Shown: positions 46,866 through 62,444 of the stretch, one piece after another
Layout: every line of letters begins with the position of its first letter
Numbering within the stretch: position 1 is the first letter of the stretch
From: Octopus vulgaris
Taxonomy: Eukaryota
Direction: 5' to 3'
Length of the DNA stretch: 64,000 bases
Assembly: GCA_951406725.2 (NCBI GenBank)
Contig: OX597817.1
Location: 102,610,001-102,674,000 of the forward strand
Notes under the pieces: model-generated
Database searches by the model: none
The model's input: the letters and a program-made list of their open reading frames with translations, nothing else
What the model was told of the DNA's origin: nothing
Made by a program: the position numbers and the translations under genes

Positions 46866-47352
46866 TTATGTAGGTCACTTTTCTTTTCCATAAGTTTTTT
46901 GAGAAATATGATTTCTTAGAATTTGCAGTAAAGTGGTTCGGAATATAATGAAATTCATATCTTTTACAAAATAATTTGCTATAAAACAGACACGTGCACA
47001 AACAGACACGTGCACACACACACATATGTATCACTGTACTGACCAGAAAATCGGATGTTGTTATACACTACTGGTCACAATGCGCTTCCTCGCATTGTTG
47101 TAGCTTTCGAACGATGCCACTCGTTGGCTAGGTGGGTAGGCAGGTCAACAGCCAGAAACTACCCCTGAACGAGATGCCAGTCCGACTTCAAATCATATTT
47201 TGTTTAAGTTGGATTTGAACTCAGAATTATATCAATCTTTCGTCAATTATCTGTTATGTTCTCTGAACTATCACCACGTCCTTCAATGAGATATATTTTT
47301 AGTGAGAGCTATATAGTCCCCCTCTGAGGCCTTCATTGCAGCACTTGGGGTA

Positions 47353-49995
47353 CAGTGGTTCCCAGACTTTTTTTACTCACGGCGCACCTTACAAGAAGTC
47401 AAAATATTTTGGCGTATTTTGTACATAAATTCTAAAATCTATTCAAAAGGGGTTTTATACATATTAGCATAGCATAAACTATAAAGTAATACAGAACAAT
47501 TGCATGTACTTACTCTTTATTCAATATATGAAGTTATATATAAAGTTATCAATGAGAAACATGCGCTTGATATTTTTGGGAAACGTTTTCAATATCAGGA
47601 CGTACTTGAGAAAGGAAAACCTCATTTCTTCTTCGATGCAACGGAGCCTTTCTCTTTCATTTAGATTTGATGCTATTGAGGGCTGAAAATCCCAACTCAC
47701 ATAAATACGATGTGGAAAACTGCATCAAAACGGATAAAGCTTTTTCTGTTACTGAGGGGTATTCTCCTATAATAGCAATCCAAAATGTATCAATAGGTAA
47801 CTCAGCATACTTGATTTTAAGTCTGCGATCTTTGGATATAGATGTCAATTCCTCTTCTTCACATATTTTCAGACCAATATTAGATGGAATTTTTATGAAG
47901 GGATTTCGAACCCAATCATACTCTTGTGTTCAATGACAGAAAATAAAGTATATTTTTCTTCCAGATTTGTCAAATATTCAAATACAATAGGTATCATTTC
48001 TTTTATACAGTTTTTACTTATTAACGGAAACATTTCGAAGTTACCACCTTCAGCTCTATTGAAACCACCTTATCTCAAATGAAACCACCTTATCTGTCGA
48101 AGTGAGAATATTTTCATCTCTAACTTGCATACGTGTGTTGTGCAAATATCTCTGTTAAATATTTTAGCTTGGAAACCCAAAATTCATATTGTAGATATTC
48201 CAGGAAGCGTTCATGTTTTTCTTGTTTAAAAAAATACATGCAATTCCTTCTGGATTTCATGTATGTGACGTAGCACCTTACCTTTTGGGAACAATCTGAC
48301 TGTAAAAGTAAGTGCTTGTGCTAGGAATCCATATCAACACAAATTTGTTCAAATAAGCGACACTTCAACAACCTACTTTTAATATAATTAACTATTTCAA
48401 CTACTTGCTTTAATACTTGTTTTGAGTCAACTGGTATTGTTCTTGAAACTAGTACTTCTTTATGTAGGAATCAATATGTAGGCATAACATTAAGATTTTG
48501 CTGTTGTACGAGCGATACAAAACTTTTAATAGAGCCTATCATAGATGGTGCCCCATAGGTACATATTCCAACACATGAATTCCAGGATAAATCCCATTTT
48601 TCGAGGTAGGCAGATAAAATGTCAAAAATATCTTGACCTCTTGTAGTGAGTGGCATTTCTTCGCAACAAAAGAACTGATTTACGATTTGGTTGCCATCAA
48701 TAAAGTGAATAAATGTATGTAATTGTGCTTTGCTGCTAATGTCAGTTGATTCGTCAACTTGTAGAGCAAATTCTGAGTTCTGAAGTTTGTTATGTACATT
48801 TTCCTCTATATCAGCAGATAAATCCATAAGTCTCCTGTGGATTGTATTATTTGAGAGTGGAATCTTGCTTATTTCTTGCTCGGCTTCATCACCTAACATG
48901 GTTTTAACCATCTTTCTACAAGCGGGTAAGATAATCGACTCGGCTAAAGTATGTGATTTCGTTTGTAGTGCAATCATTTCGCCAATCTTAATAGACGCAA
49001 CTCGAGCCTTTTCATAAGCATTCATCCTTTTTTCAAATAATTTCTTTGTTTAGATTGCTATTCTAGCAGTCTTTGGAAATAATCCAGATCTTTACATTGA
49101 AGATGTGAGTGTTTCGTTGTAAAATGTCTCTTCAACTTGCTGGGCAAGTTGACACCTTTTCACCACAAACAACACACAGCGGAAGAGGTTTATCCTCGTT
49201 GCCAGTCCAATGAGACCAAAACTTTAAATAACTATTGCAATATTTACAATTAGGCCGATTTTTCGCATTAATATCACTAGGCTTAGTTGCTTTTGATGAA
49301 TGTTCACTTTCAGATTCATAATCGTCACGGTTATGTTTCCTCTTAATAAACTTTTCCATTTTATGGATAATTTAGTCTGTTAATATGAATTGTCTTGCAG
49401 AAAGAGCACAGATTACTAACAGAGTCAAACTGAGACTGAGACAAGTGACCAGTGAGCTGTGAAAAGTGACAGCGTGTCACATATTATCGGACACTTTTGA
49501 GAAGTTTTTTCAAAATTAATTGAAAAGGTGAAAATTCTCGCCACTATATGAATGAAAAAAGTTGAAATACAGTCGCAATACGTAAGGACGTATTAAAAGA
49601 CTTAGTTCAACATAGTATATTTTAGTTCAATAGTTCATAGTTCACATATATCATTGAAATGAAAACTGCTGAAGCTACGACCGAAATAAACTGAAACATA
49701 GTCGTGCACTGAATATATCCATAAGACGTCAATTTCGAGGACAGATTGATGCTAATTTAGTTCTTATGAAATTTCAGATTCAAAATTGAATAACACTGTC
49801 ATACCACAATTAGCCTTAATGAATTGAATGACACAACCACCTCTTATTCTAAATTTAGAACTTAGTATTTAATTTTTTGCCACTTTGACATTTATATAGT
49901 GAATTTCGGTTTGTATTTTCATATTTTGAAATATAATCTTACTTTTTCGAGGCGCACTTAATTACATCTTGCGGCGCACGGTTTGAGAACCACTG
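47353..49995 (-). mobile_element. hAT Charlie/Buster-type DNA transposon, near full length, with pseudogenised transposase
   Basis: TIRs CAGTGGTTCCCAGAC / GTTTGAGAACCACTG; the right flank cccTAatg fits the Buster target pattern but the left flank does not match it. Confidence 0.9.
47560..49359 (-). pseudogene. Buster/Charlie-type (ZBED5/ZBED8-like) transposase with frameshifts and stops
   Basis: BED-finger start YLKF...[11 protein letters not shown]; IPLSNNTIHRR; FALQVDESTDISSKAQL; GICTYGAPSMIG; C-terminal FSTSYLCELGFSAL. Confidence 0.9.
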
Positions 49996-51214
49996 CCCTA
50001 ATGCCTTATCCACTAGACCAAAAAGACTCCCCTATACATCATCTTTCGGAAACCTGTCGAAAGTGTCGTCCTCTTTTTCTATAAATCCTATTAACACCGA
50101 CGATAAAAAGAGAATTTGTTTGAACGGCGGTTTATTATCTCTTGAATGAGTGTGTCCTCTTTTAAGAGTGGATCAAACGTCCTTTTCACATTTTATTTAC
50201 GACCAGTATCTCAGGGGTCCCATTATGCGTGTGGTGATGGTGAATTTTTTTTCACTACTCCTAGGGTTCTATAAAACATTGCATCACAAAGTTCCGCACC
50301 ATGCAACAAAATCTAGAGTCAAGTTTTCACTAATGATATGATACACAATCTTTAATGTTGTCACATACATCAAAATGACACAAATAATTGTCAATAGCTA
50401 TGAGATGTCAGCAAACTTTTATAGGAATTATACAAAAATGCTTTATATAATTTGTCCCGTTTTTGAGCTGTTGGGGGTGGGCTGCAGTATAGCAAGCAAG
50501 TTGTCATTAACGCATTCTCCGTTCAATTCAAACAGTGATTTAATACATTTCACTAATTAAAATCTTTTTTGTTCTGAATATCTTTCTGTTCGGTTGGTGC
50601 TAAATAAAGGTCATCGGAGCAAAACAAACCTATCATTTCTCAAACAGTAGCATCGGTTTCCTTTGAAGTGGTGAGTGTTAGAAAAGGGACACCTCTGATG
50701 ACTTATACCTTCCGTTTAAAAGTTACAATGCCTTTTTACACTGTGCGCCTGTTAAAGTGTTACCTGTTTAGCTTTGTGTGTACGAGTACACCCAGTGAAA
50801 ATCACTTATGGAAAGGAAGTTACATTGTAACAAAGGCTTTGCCAAATGAACATATTACCCACCTGACTGTCTATAATTTGTAAACTAAATAACGTTCGTG
50901 CACGACAAAATAAAGATAAAGAAATGAATAGATAAATAAAGATGACTACTTTATTGAAAGCTTAGCCATTCCAGACATATATATCATATCATAAAATGAT
51001 AAGTATTTTCGAGGCTCCTGTGGCGATTACAAAAGTCAACATTAGTATTATTTCTGATACTGTTGTGGTTGCTTTTGTTGTTATTGTTGTTATACAGCGG
51101 TGCAGGATCGTTAGCGCGTCGGACAAAATACTCACCGGCTCTTCACTATTTGAGCTCAAATTCCGTCGGGATTGACTTTGCTTTTCATCCTTTCAGCAGA
51201 TTAGACTGTTGGAA

Positions 51215-52545
51215 AATATTCCCTAACATCGGCTACAACAAGTAACCTTGAATGCCAAGAACCTCCCTAAATATCCTAGCTATCCCTAGTAATATTGTTT
51301 TGTGGAGCTGCACTAAACTAGGTTTTATGCCTATTTCTTATATCCAGCTGTTCAAATCTTTAGGAACCGAGGGTGATTTTAAAAAATACAAATATTAAAG
51401 AGGATAAAGAGTCTCCATAGAAAATTCCTCTCTTTGATATTAACTTACCCAAAGACTATCACATAAGTAGAGATGTACTTTCCATTTCTTTACGTTATAG
51501 CTAATTAACACTCTTAAGTTGTCTGCCATACTGAATATTCTCAAACATACACTTATCCATGAGTGTAGAATCATGCCATAGGATTTTTTATAATCTGTCC
51601 AGGCTATTGTTAAATTCTTCTTTTAGAACTGCTTGCGTTCCTCTAGCCTTTCTCCCGCAACCTTTCTCTTCTTCTGGAACTAAATTCTGGCTGCCAAAGT
51701 GCTCGTAAATGCTTTCTGAGAGTATTTCTGTTAACAGCTTCCACAACAATGGTAAGTAAGTGATTAGTCCATAATTACTAGCTCTATTGCTCTTGCTTTT
51801 ATCTTTCATAAGGAGTACTGTTTTCCCTCTAGTCATCCATCCAGGCAATCCTGAAGTTGCTCCCTCAGTCCCTAATGTAAGCTACTAAATTTCTTTCACC
51901 AATATCCTTGAACTAAATCTGGTTCTGGGCTCTCCCAATTTGACATTGTTCCTAACACTTACTACTAAATACACTAGTTATTTTCCGATCTAGTTGCTTC
52001 CATCACTTCTTTAACCATGCTGCATCCCCATTATGATTAACTGGTTTATCCAAAAAAATCACTCCAGAACTTTCTAGCTTCTTCCGCATTAAGCTTCTCA
52101 TCTTCAGTAGTTGCTTCTAAACTATTTATTTGGCGATAGACTCTCCTCCGGTCTGTCTCAAACATTTTATTCAGTTGATACTGATCTTCTACCGCCAATT
52201 CTGTCATTCACTTATTTCACCTAACACGAGCCTGGTTTACTAGTCTCTGCTTTCTTATATCAAACATACTTTTCTTTAACCAAAGTGCTGACATACGTTT
52301 TCTGTAACCTCTTACTTTGGAGTCACAATCATATTCTCTTCATTTGCCCATTTCTTTCTCATCACACTATTATGCGTTGACGCTGTCTTAGAAGAACGGC
52401 TGAGGTCAGCCTGCATCTGTACTGAACCACTGCCGAGTGAGAGGCTTTCCCTTAAAGATCCAGTCTCTTTTACGCTGTTATCGCTAGAGTTTCTGCGTAA
52501 ACTCATGTCGCTCATAAAATGAGGCATGGTAATGTTCGTGTTATT
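51215..52545 (-). mobile_element. Degraded, internally deleted Dong/R4 element
   Basis: WMTRGKTVLLMKDKSKSNRASNYGLITYLPLLWKLLT...LVPEEEKGC (RT N-terminus) lies close to the C-terminal LHKTILLGIARIFREVL. Confidence 0.75.
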
Positions 52546-52579
52546 ACTATTATTTAAGACGTCACACAGTATCCAATAT

Positions 52580-53704
<1,125 letters not shown>

Positions 53705-53724
53705 AAAGCAATTACATTCTAATT

Positions 53725-54690
53725 TAATAAGCGGGGATTTTGTCCTGAGGCTTGGTGGACTCATACGTAACAATTTGGGTGTTGTGCCGAATAAACCAAT
53801 TACTACAGAAGCAATTTTCACCATTGTTTTCTACAATTTCTTCGTCTCTCATATTACGTCCTAATATTTCTCAATTTTCCCTATTTTTTTATATTCACTC
53901 AACAATCACATGTTATTTAAAAGTTTATGATCTTACCCTGTGTTTTTTCTGTCCTCTATGATTATATTTCGTCTCTTTGCTTCAATATTATGGTAAGTCT
54001 TTTAGGATAGTAATATCCTGTAATTATTATTCCCTATCACAGTTTCTGACTCCTACTCATATCACTGTTATTCTACTTTTAATACACACAAATGGCTAAC
54101 ATCCCAATGCACTCTTTTATCAACATAGTCATATCTGCACTTATACTCTTTTCGTGTTAGCTTACTGCATTCGCGCAAATCTTTCGTCTCCTTTCCCACA
54201 GATTCTGCGTTTACTCTCTGGCTGAGTTTTATCAATCTTTGCTTTCATTAAATTCCTCCTAATAACTTGCTCCTGAGCGGCTATAATTAGCGCTTCGATT
54301 TCTCGTTTCAGGCATCCGATTATCAAACACAACCAGCGTTATTTACTTCCGGTGTCTTCGGTTTGTTGCATGAATTGACCATGTTATTCTTTCTATTTCC
54401 ATCTACTTGTTCTGTTGTTCTTTTTCTATTTTTAATTCTCCTACTGTTTCAGTAAGTTTCTGAACATTTCTAGCCAGCGATAGTATTCTTTCTTCACAAA
54501 ATACAACGTAATTTTTCAAACCCTAGATCGCAGTACGAACCGTATCTTCTACGTTTAGCAATTCTCTACCTCTAGTTATCGCTCAACATCGCATCTTTGG
54601 CTCGTGTTCATACCACTTTGCTGTTATTTCGAATCCACAAATATGGTTAACATCCCAGTGTACTTTAACCGTATTTATTTAGTAGATGGT
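53725..54690 (-). mobile_element. Third, more eroded Dong/R4 fragment
   Basis: Remnants EALIIAAQEQV, ECSKL, ILLSxKTYHNIEAKRRNI and VVIGLFGTTPK in the same order as at 30910-32115. Confidence 0.6.
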
Positions 54691-55552
54691 TAATACTTTC
54701 GTCCCTTTTGCTACAGATTCTATATTTGCTGTCTGAGTTTTACCAATTTTCGTCTTTTTCAAATTTGTTAAAATTGCTTGTTTCTGAATATCTATAATCA
54801 GCGATTTAGATTCAGAATGATAATTTAATTGCAACACAAAATATTAATAATATGCACGAACATAGAGAAAATGCAGTACTTTTAACTTTTAGAAATCTTG
54901 TCGTCCACAACGATAAATATAGTACCGATACAAACAAAAATAAATTGTCTTTTGCTGTTGTTTTTACCAATGGGAAAAGTCTAGAGATGAAACTTTACCC
55001 GAGAAAATGGTTGTTTTCGGAAAACTAAAAAGACGTGATAAATTAAGTCGTTTCTTCGACTTCTTTTCTAACAAATGATTGACATTCCATTTAAACTTCT
55101 AAAAGAAGCTTAACATTTTATTCATTGTTTTGTGAGTACAACACTGACGATGTATGTATGAGTGAGAGAGAGAGAAAAAGAGAGAAGGCGACAGAGGAAA
55201 AGGAAAAATAGATTGTGAGTGTGCGTTTTAATAAAGGAAAATAAGTCATGTCGTATGCAAGAGAGTTTTCAAACATATCTTTCTAGATCTAAATATCTAT
55301 TACACAGTATACTTAACACAATATATGCTTTTTACCAACACTTCAAAAACACACTTGATGTATATAGATTTCTTCGCGATCGCGTGATATTTAGTGGAAA
55401 GCTATTACATTACTCTCTGCAGCACGAGGCGGAGCTTTTTTTACAAAATAAAAAATATAAAAAAATAACTACCTCTTTTGACTTCTATCTGACTGCAGTT
55501 CTGTTTCATTAAGCAGAAAGTAAAAGCACGATAAATCCATGTTCTAAACGTG

Positions 55553-55592
55553 TGCGTCATACATGATCTTAATGAAGATCGTGTATGACGCA
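55553..55592. other. 18-bp-stem hairpin/palindrome followed by an A18 run
   Basis: tgcgtcatacatgatctt-aatg-aagatcgtgtatgacgca (17/18, the mismatch is G-U compatible). Confidence 0.85.
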
Positions 55593-56199
55593 GAAAAAAA
55601 AAAAAAAAAATAATAATAATTGAAATAGCTGTTCACTAGCTACAACTTTTTAATGATGTTTCCAGTTGAGCCACTTAAATTTGTAATTAGCATTGGGGCT
55701 GGTGACGACGAAACTTCTGTTCAAGTTAATAAACGAATAAATTCTTTAAATTATGTAACATAAGGAGTTGACGTCTGATATGCAGATAAAAAAATTGAAT
55801 ATATACGCTTTTAACATGTAAAAAATTGTACTTTTTTTTATTAGCCACTGATTTTGACTGATCAATTAGCAACAAACTAAAATCATGCAGTTTTAGTGAT
55901 CATTCAAATTGCGAGTGCTGTGAAGTACAGAACAGCACCTAATGAGACTAGGTTTCGATTTGCAGCTGTTTCACTTCATTTATATAACTACAACCAGTGT
56001 GAAATTCATATATGCACATTTACATACCTCTTCACAACTATTCTAAGGGTTGAACTATTATTAAAAATTGAACATCATTCTCGCTTCAAAATGGTTTCAA
56101 ATTTTGGCACGTAATGCATTTTTCCGATGCTCTATCGCTTGTGCTAGTTACCTGCCTTATAACAGCAACAACGACAACAACAACAATAATAATAACAAT

Positions 56200-56350
56200 C
56201 CTTACTACCGAAGGCACAAGGTCTGAAATTTGTTGGGAGAGGTCTAGTCGATTACATTGACCCCAGCGCTAACGGTACTTTATTTTATCAATCCCAAAAG
56301 GATAAAAGCCAAAATCGAACTCAGTTGTATTTGAACTCAGAATGTAAAGA
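56200..56350 (-). mobile_element. SINE family A fragment
   Basis: ggcacaagg...gtcgattacattgacccc...atttgaactcagaatgtaaaga. Confidence 0.7.
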
Positions 56351-57277
56351 ACCGTAAGAGATGTTGGTGAGGATTAGCTACGAGAACTACGCCCTTAGAG
56401 CCATCATTTGTGGCTGTTATTATTGTTTTTGTCCATTGAAGCCTTCTTGAAAAAAAGGCTTTGGATGCTGAGTTTTCAGGCCTTTCAGATAAATGATGTC
56501 CAAATGACATCTATCACTAGCCGAAGGGCCTTACTACGGACAGAGATAGCCTATCTGCTGATAGTTAAGTAGTTGTTAAATCGCTTGTATTTCTCACGAA
56601 ACATAAGAGGGGACCAGATTGTCAAACTTATCCATTAAAAAGACCCTTGTAATTATTTTGGAAATCAAATGCATTTTACTTAGTGTAATACTGGCAGGAG
56701 ATAGAAACACAGTTCGACTTCCATATGAGAGTCTTTCCATTTTCGTATCTAAGGCCAAACATGTGTGTGTGTGTGTGTGTGTGTGCATGTACATTTATAT
56801 ATATGCGTGTGTGTGTGTGGAGAGAGATATTCAAAAATTCAGACAGACAGACGGGTGAAGAAAGAAAAAGTGAGAGTGATCAACTGAAATACGATGGCAC
56901 TAGCTTAAGTACGTCCCAAGCCTATCGCAATTTCACAGGGCCTTAAAAAAGCCCATTTTCCTTCAGTAATTAGAGTCAGGATTTGAACTCAGAAATAGAT
57001 ACCCCAAGGACATTTTTTCAACGCTTTGAAGGTTCCGCTGATCCGTTGTTTTCCGTTGAAAAAAAATAGAGGTTTCTTTTTCTTTTTCTATTTCATTTTT
57101 CTTATTCTATTTTTAAATCATTTAAAATTACTTAGGTTTCAAATTATACAAATCAATTTGTTGTGTTTTAAGGGAACAACGGTAAAGACCATTTGCGCCC
57201 TTTTCTGTCTTGTTTGTTAGCAGAACCGCCGATTACAAAAAGACAGAGTAGCTTGTAGACTTACAAAAGCCCATATA

Positions 57278-58523
57278 CTAGTGGGTACCCAAAAGAAACA
57301 CGAATCTTGCAATATTATGTTATTCACTTAGTTTTATGCTTACATTTCTATCGCCTTCAGAGTATTCTTCATTTGAAGCAATACATCGGTCCAGACGCGT
57401 TTTGCACTGTTTGAAGCAATCCTGGAACTCTTGGGAAGTGATGCTTTTTAACGCCTCCGTCTTTTTTTTTTTTTCCCACCTCTTCTACCTCTGCAAAACG
57501 TTTTCCTTTAAGGACTTTTTCCATACGGGGGAACAAAAAAAAGTTAGTTGCAGGGAGCAAGATCGGGTGTATAGGGAGGCTGAGTCACGTCATTTTTAGT
57601 CAAAAACTGTCTCACAACCAAGGCGGTGTGCGCAGACGCATTGTCGTGATGAAGCCACCACTTGCCACTTTGCCACTGGTCGGGGTTGTTTCGTCTCACC
57701 ACGTCTTGCAAAAACTTCAGAACTGCCAAGTAAAATGTCTGGTTACCAGTTTGACCAGGAGGAACAAATTCTGTGTTGACAATTTCTTTCACATCAATGA
57801 AACAAATCAGCGTCTTGTCGTTGGACTTCACTTGAAAGCACATTTTTGGGGGCGTGGTGACATTGAATGCTTCCATTGACTTGATTACTGCTTCATTTCC
57901 CGGTGGTAACTGTAGCACCAGTGATGACCTTCGAAAAAAGGTTCGGATCAACTTCCAACTGTTCTTTCACTTCACGACTCGCATTCAGCCGTGACTGCTT
58001 TTGATCTTCTGTGAGCAAGCAAGGCACAAATTTTGCAATTCCTCGCTCATAATTCGTTGGGAGGAGCTCCAGGACACATCAGTCAAATTAACAAGTACAT
58101 CAATTGTTCGGCGACGGTCCTCCAAAATCAGTTCATGAATTTTCATGATGTTTTCATTCGTTCGGGAGGTGACCTAACCCTAACCCTAACCTTCAAGCGA
58201 CAAGTGACCATTCCTAAGGCGTGAAAGCCACTCGTAGATTTGTGTTTTGCTCATGGTAGCATCCTTGTAAGTTGTTTGAAGCATGACAACTGTTTCGGCC
58301 GCCGTTTTCCCCAGCAGAAAACAGAATTTCACGGAAGCACGGTGGCCCTTCGTTTCATCCATCGTAAAAATCGACGAACAGGGAGAAGCACTGTAAAACA
58401 AAGACGCACCACATAGCAGTACGACTTCAGTGTCGAATTAAGTGGTTTCTAGCGGCGGAAGCCTGAATTACAACGGACTTGTCCCACAGAGAACGTTTCC
58501 GGTTACTTTTGGATAACTCTTCG
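57278..58523 (-). mobile_element. Mariner (Tc1/mariner) element, ~1.25 kb, dead transposase
   Basis: TA on both flanks; degenerate 27-bp TIRs (18/27); HRASVKFCFLLGKTAAETVVML, WWLHHDNASAHT, PPYTPDLAPCNFFLFP (third catalytic Asp position reads N); frameshifts. Confidence 0.9.
58173..58191 (-). repeat. Short interstitial telomeric tract (TTAGGG)3 inside the mariner ORF
   Basis: cctaaccctaaccctaacc. Confidence 0.8.
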
Positions 58524-60049
58524 TACTCTTTGACTGCACTCCAAAACAAACACCTTGACTCGTAGTAACAAGTCCACACAAGTCCACTGAAGATATCAGA
58601 ATGTTTTCGTGATTCTGAATAAATATTTTTAGTCATAAAGATTTGTGATGTCATTGAATCTAGTTCTTGGATATACTGTTGGGAAGTCAGAGTTCCACGT
58701 CGTTTACAGCCCGTATTTAGTAATGTTTATTAAGTGAAAAGGTTAACAAACCTAACAGATAAAAATACGAAGTGGTTTTAGGCTGGTAGAATAAAGATCC
58801 TTGGATTTGCTTGTGGTAAGATTAAAATTAAAAAGTTGTTCCTAATAGTTTCGTCAGTATTAAGTATGAAAAGATAATTGTCCGCTGTTGTGTTCAGTAA
58901 AGATCAGACTGCACGCCTTCGAAGTACCGAATGACAGCATGGTTTTCCCTCTTGGTGTTCTTACGGCAATTCGGGTGGTAAGAAAATGTGTATCACTTGA
59001 TATAGGCGTAGAACAATGGTGAGATTTTGAAAGCTATTGGTGGAAAATTTGTGATAGGGTGTTTAATTTCTACCTCTTGGTGAGAATGTAAACATAGAAG
59101 AATTGTCTATGTGATATTTTCGTTATATTTCTGACCATTTTATCGTCTGGGTGAGAGGTTTGTTGTTGAGGATGATATTATAAAATTGTTGAAGTTCCAA
59201 ACAATTTGAAAACTTTAGCGAGAAATGGCAAATCTGTACTGAGTGCATACTGGGTTTCTATATCGATATTTGTGGTATGAGTGATGAGAATAAAGTGGTG
59301 GACATGACGTCCGTATCTTGTGTTTTACAAATTAATATCCAAAAGACATCTGTACAGTTACTTGATTATAATGTGCATTAATTGAAATAAGTTAAATTAC
59401 GCTTGCAATTAGAGGCTGAGTACCAAGAACATTCACAAAACAGATAAATAACACTTCCTGATCTACCCATCCAGCTAAGTTTGTTATGATGGCGCTGACA
59501 GAAAGTATTAGAGAGGAAGTGATAGTAAAGACCGTTAACTGGTATTTTCCGGGCATGAGATATCGTGAAAGGCACCAATTTCCGGTAAGTAACGGGTACA
59601 GTAAGTGATATGTTTATATAACATTCAGACGTGTTTAATAAAACTTGAAATGTTTTCATATAATGAGATGAAAGGATGCACCAAGAAAAGAGATAAGTTA
59701 TATAAGTGTTTCTTTAAAATTACTTTTCTGATATCAAATTGGCTCCGAGCTGTTGCAAATACGACCTGTATAGTCAAAGCATTGCCTAACCCACATTCTA
59801 ATATACATTTCTACGTCTCTTTAATCACGTACCACTGTCTCTTAAAGGAATGGCTCCATAACAAATAACTAAATTGGAAAATTCGTTGTCAATCCAGGTG
59901 AATAAGAGATTCTCCGTTGTTTCCTGTTAAGCCTTTTGAAAACTAACGTCTTCTTTTTGCAATTAAAGATTTAAAATCCAATGAAGGATCCTCTACGCAC
60001 TCGCTCTTTTTCTTTTTTTTTTTTTTTTTGCTTTCTAATTATGTGATCT

Positions 60050-60200
60050 GGGATAAGGGATTATAGTCAACCTTCACAAACTCTACTAGAAATAGCAGCT
60101 AAATTACTTCTAATGTCGTAAAAAGGAAGGACACATTCGATAATGTAGTCATTATGAACATACGTGATCAATACTGACCTGGAGTCTAAACAACAACAAT
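60050..60200 (+). mobile_element. SINE-like family D fragment
   Basis: ctactagaaatagcagctaaat...aaaggaaggacacattcgataatgtagtc...ctgacctggagtctaaacaacaac. Confidence 0.55.
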
Positions 60201-60232
60201 ATAAAAAGAACAGTATTCTAGTTATATTTCAA

Positions 60233-60720
<488 letters not shown>

Positions 60721-61001
60721 ATAGGTTTTTCTAGAAGGCGAAGTGCTACGCAGCTAATTTAAAAGCAATTTCTATAAGTAGTGATTACCAATTTGTAACC
60801 CGTATTAGCTAAGAAGATAAAAGATTACTGAGAAACGATATAAAACTAAAGGAAACATTTGAATTGATGATGTTTTGTTAAAACGTTCAGAACCATAACT
60901 TATAGAGCGAGTTAATAAACTGGAGGTCACTCAGTCAGAAAATGTGGAGTCGATCTACTGTATTGTATCTCGGATAAAATCTTATATTTATTGCAATATG
61001 G

Positions 61002-61053
<52 letters not shown>

Positions 61054-62444
61054 ACTTGGCAGTAAATCACAGGACTAAGCGGAAATTGAAGAAGGGGTTT
61101 TGTGGGTTACATTGATGGTCGAATCCTGGTCATGAATCACTCAATCAAACACAGTATTAACGACATTACGAATAAACAGTATTTTGAATTCATGATGGCT
61201 GCACACGACACCAGTGCCTTCCTAGTACTGGTTTTCTTTACATCTCTGGTGAGGAGATGAGTGCTGCTATCTCTAGCGATCGAGCGTCAATCATTGATAA
61301 GACCAAGGAAGGTCGAAATTTACGTGATCTGGTGGTGGCGGGGATTTTTCGCCTCGCTAGTGTTATAAACAAGAGTGTATTTTGCACCAAAAGTTTCTCT
61401 CTTGGTAACTACTGCAGTATAGTTTGTCCTAACATAACACCCACGTTTAAGTGGGGATAAATTTTACATCTCGGTATTAATACTGCTTCTGTCACCAATA
61501 AAAAGTTTTTTAAATAAGTGTCTGTTGCTATATTGCTCCGGATTGACCAATCAATTCTGAGCGAAATTTTACTGACACCGATGTTTCCCTTTTCTTACAT
61601 CAATTATATCCTGTACATAACGTTTATTTATAGTTATTTCTAATTACTGTCACAATTACTTTGGGTAATTTGTTGCTGATGCAGATAGATCCATAACTAG
61701 TTACTCAGAATCAGGATTTTACTGATGTTTGTTCGATTGAAACCAGCTCAACTGATGTTTCTAACGTCAGCATAATGCGATACAATATACTCTCTCACCT
61801 CTCTCTCAAAGTATTGCCCCATATTCCCTAGTATTGAAAAAGGAAAGTGTAATTATTAGAACATAGAAGTTGCTTCAATGTTTCTTGTAATTTCAACAAA
61901 AACCATTTACCAATCGATAAAGTACTGAGAGATCGGTTACTGAGTTTTGTAATTTATCACAGAAACACATATATGAATAGTCATCGTCATACTTAGAGCA
62001 CAGAACTTTAAAGAAAAAGACTGAAGTAGAATGAAATATGCAGAGAGTCGAAAACGATATTAGTCAACAACTATCGTTAATTTCTTTCACTTTACAAACA
62101 AGAGGCAACAGAAGTGTAGCTTCGTCGCAATTTGACCAAGTGGTAACGAAATAAATAAATTGAAATATATTAATTTAGAAAAATAGAATGTTTAGTAAAA
62201 CTAAGGCAAAAATGTCATAAAGATTTTGAAGAGGAATATCAAGTATTAGCATCTACCGCAGTAAGTTTGTATATGCTTTAAACATATGAAGATATTTTGG
62301 AATAATAAATATTTTATGTTTCCTGGTGTGTTGGTATATAAGTAAGTTTTAACGGTTGTCAAACTATGACTGAAATGCAAATTATCTCACCCACATTTTC
62401 TTCATGGTTATTAGCATTTTTGTCTTAATATCACATCAGAACAT

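Noticed and set aside
47345-50003. Domesticated ZBED5/ZBED8-like host gene; also an 8-bp TSD for this element
   Set aside because: The ORF is broken by frameshifts and stops and TIRs are present; the flanks ttggggta and ccctaatg do not match, so no TSD is claimed
58600-59300. Possible very old PLE/LINE RT remnant on the minus strand
   Set aside because: Only vague motif echoes and no continuous frame
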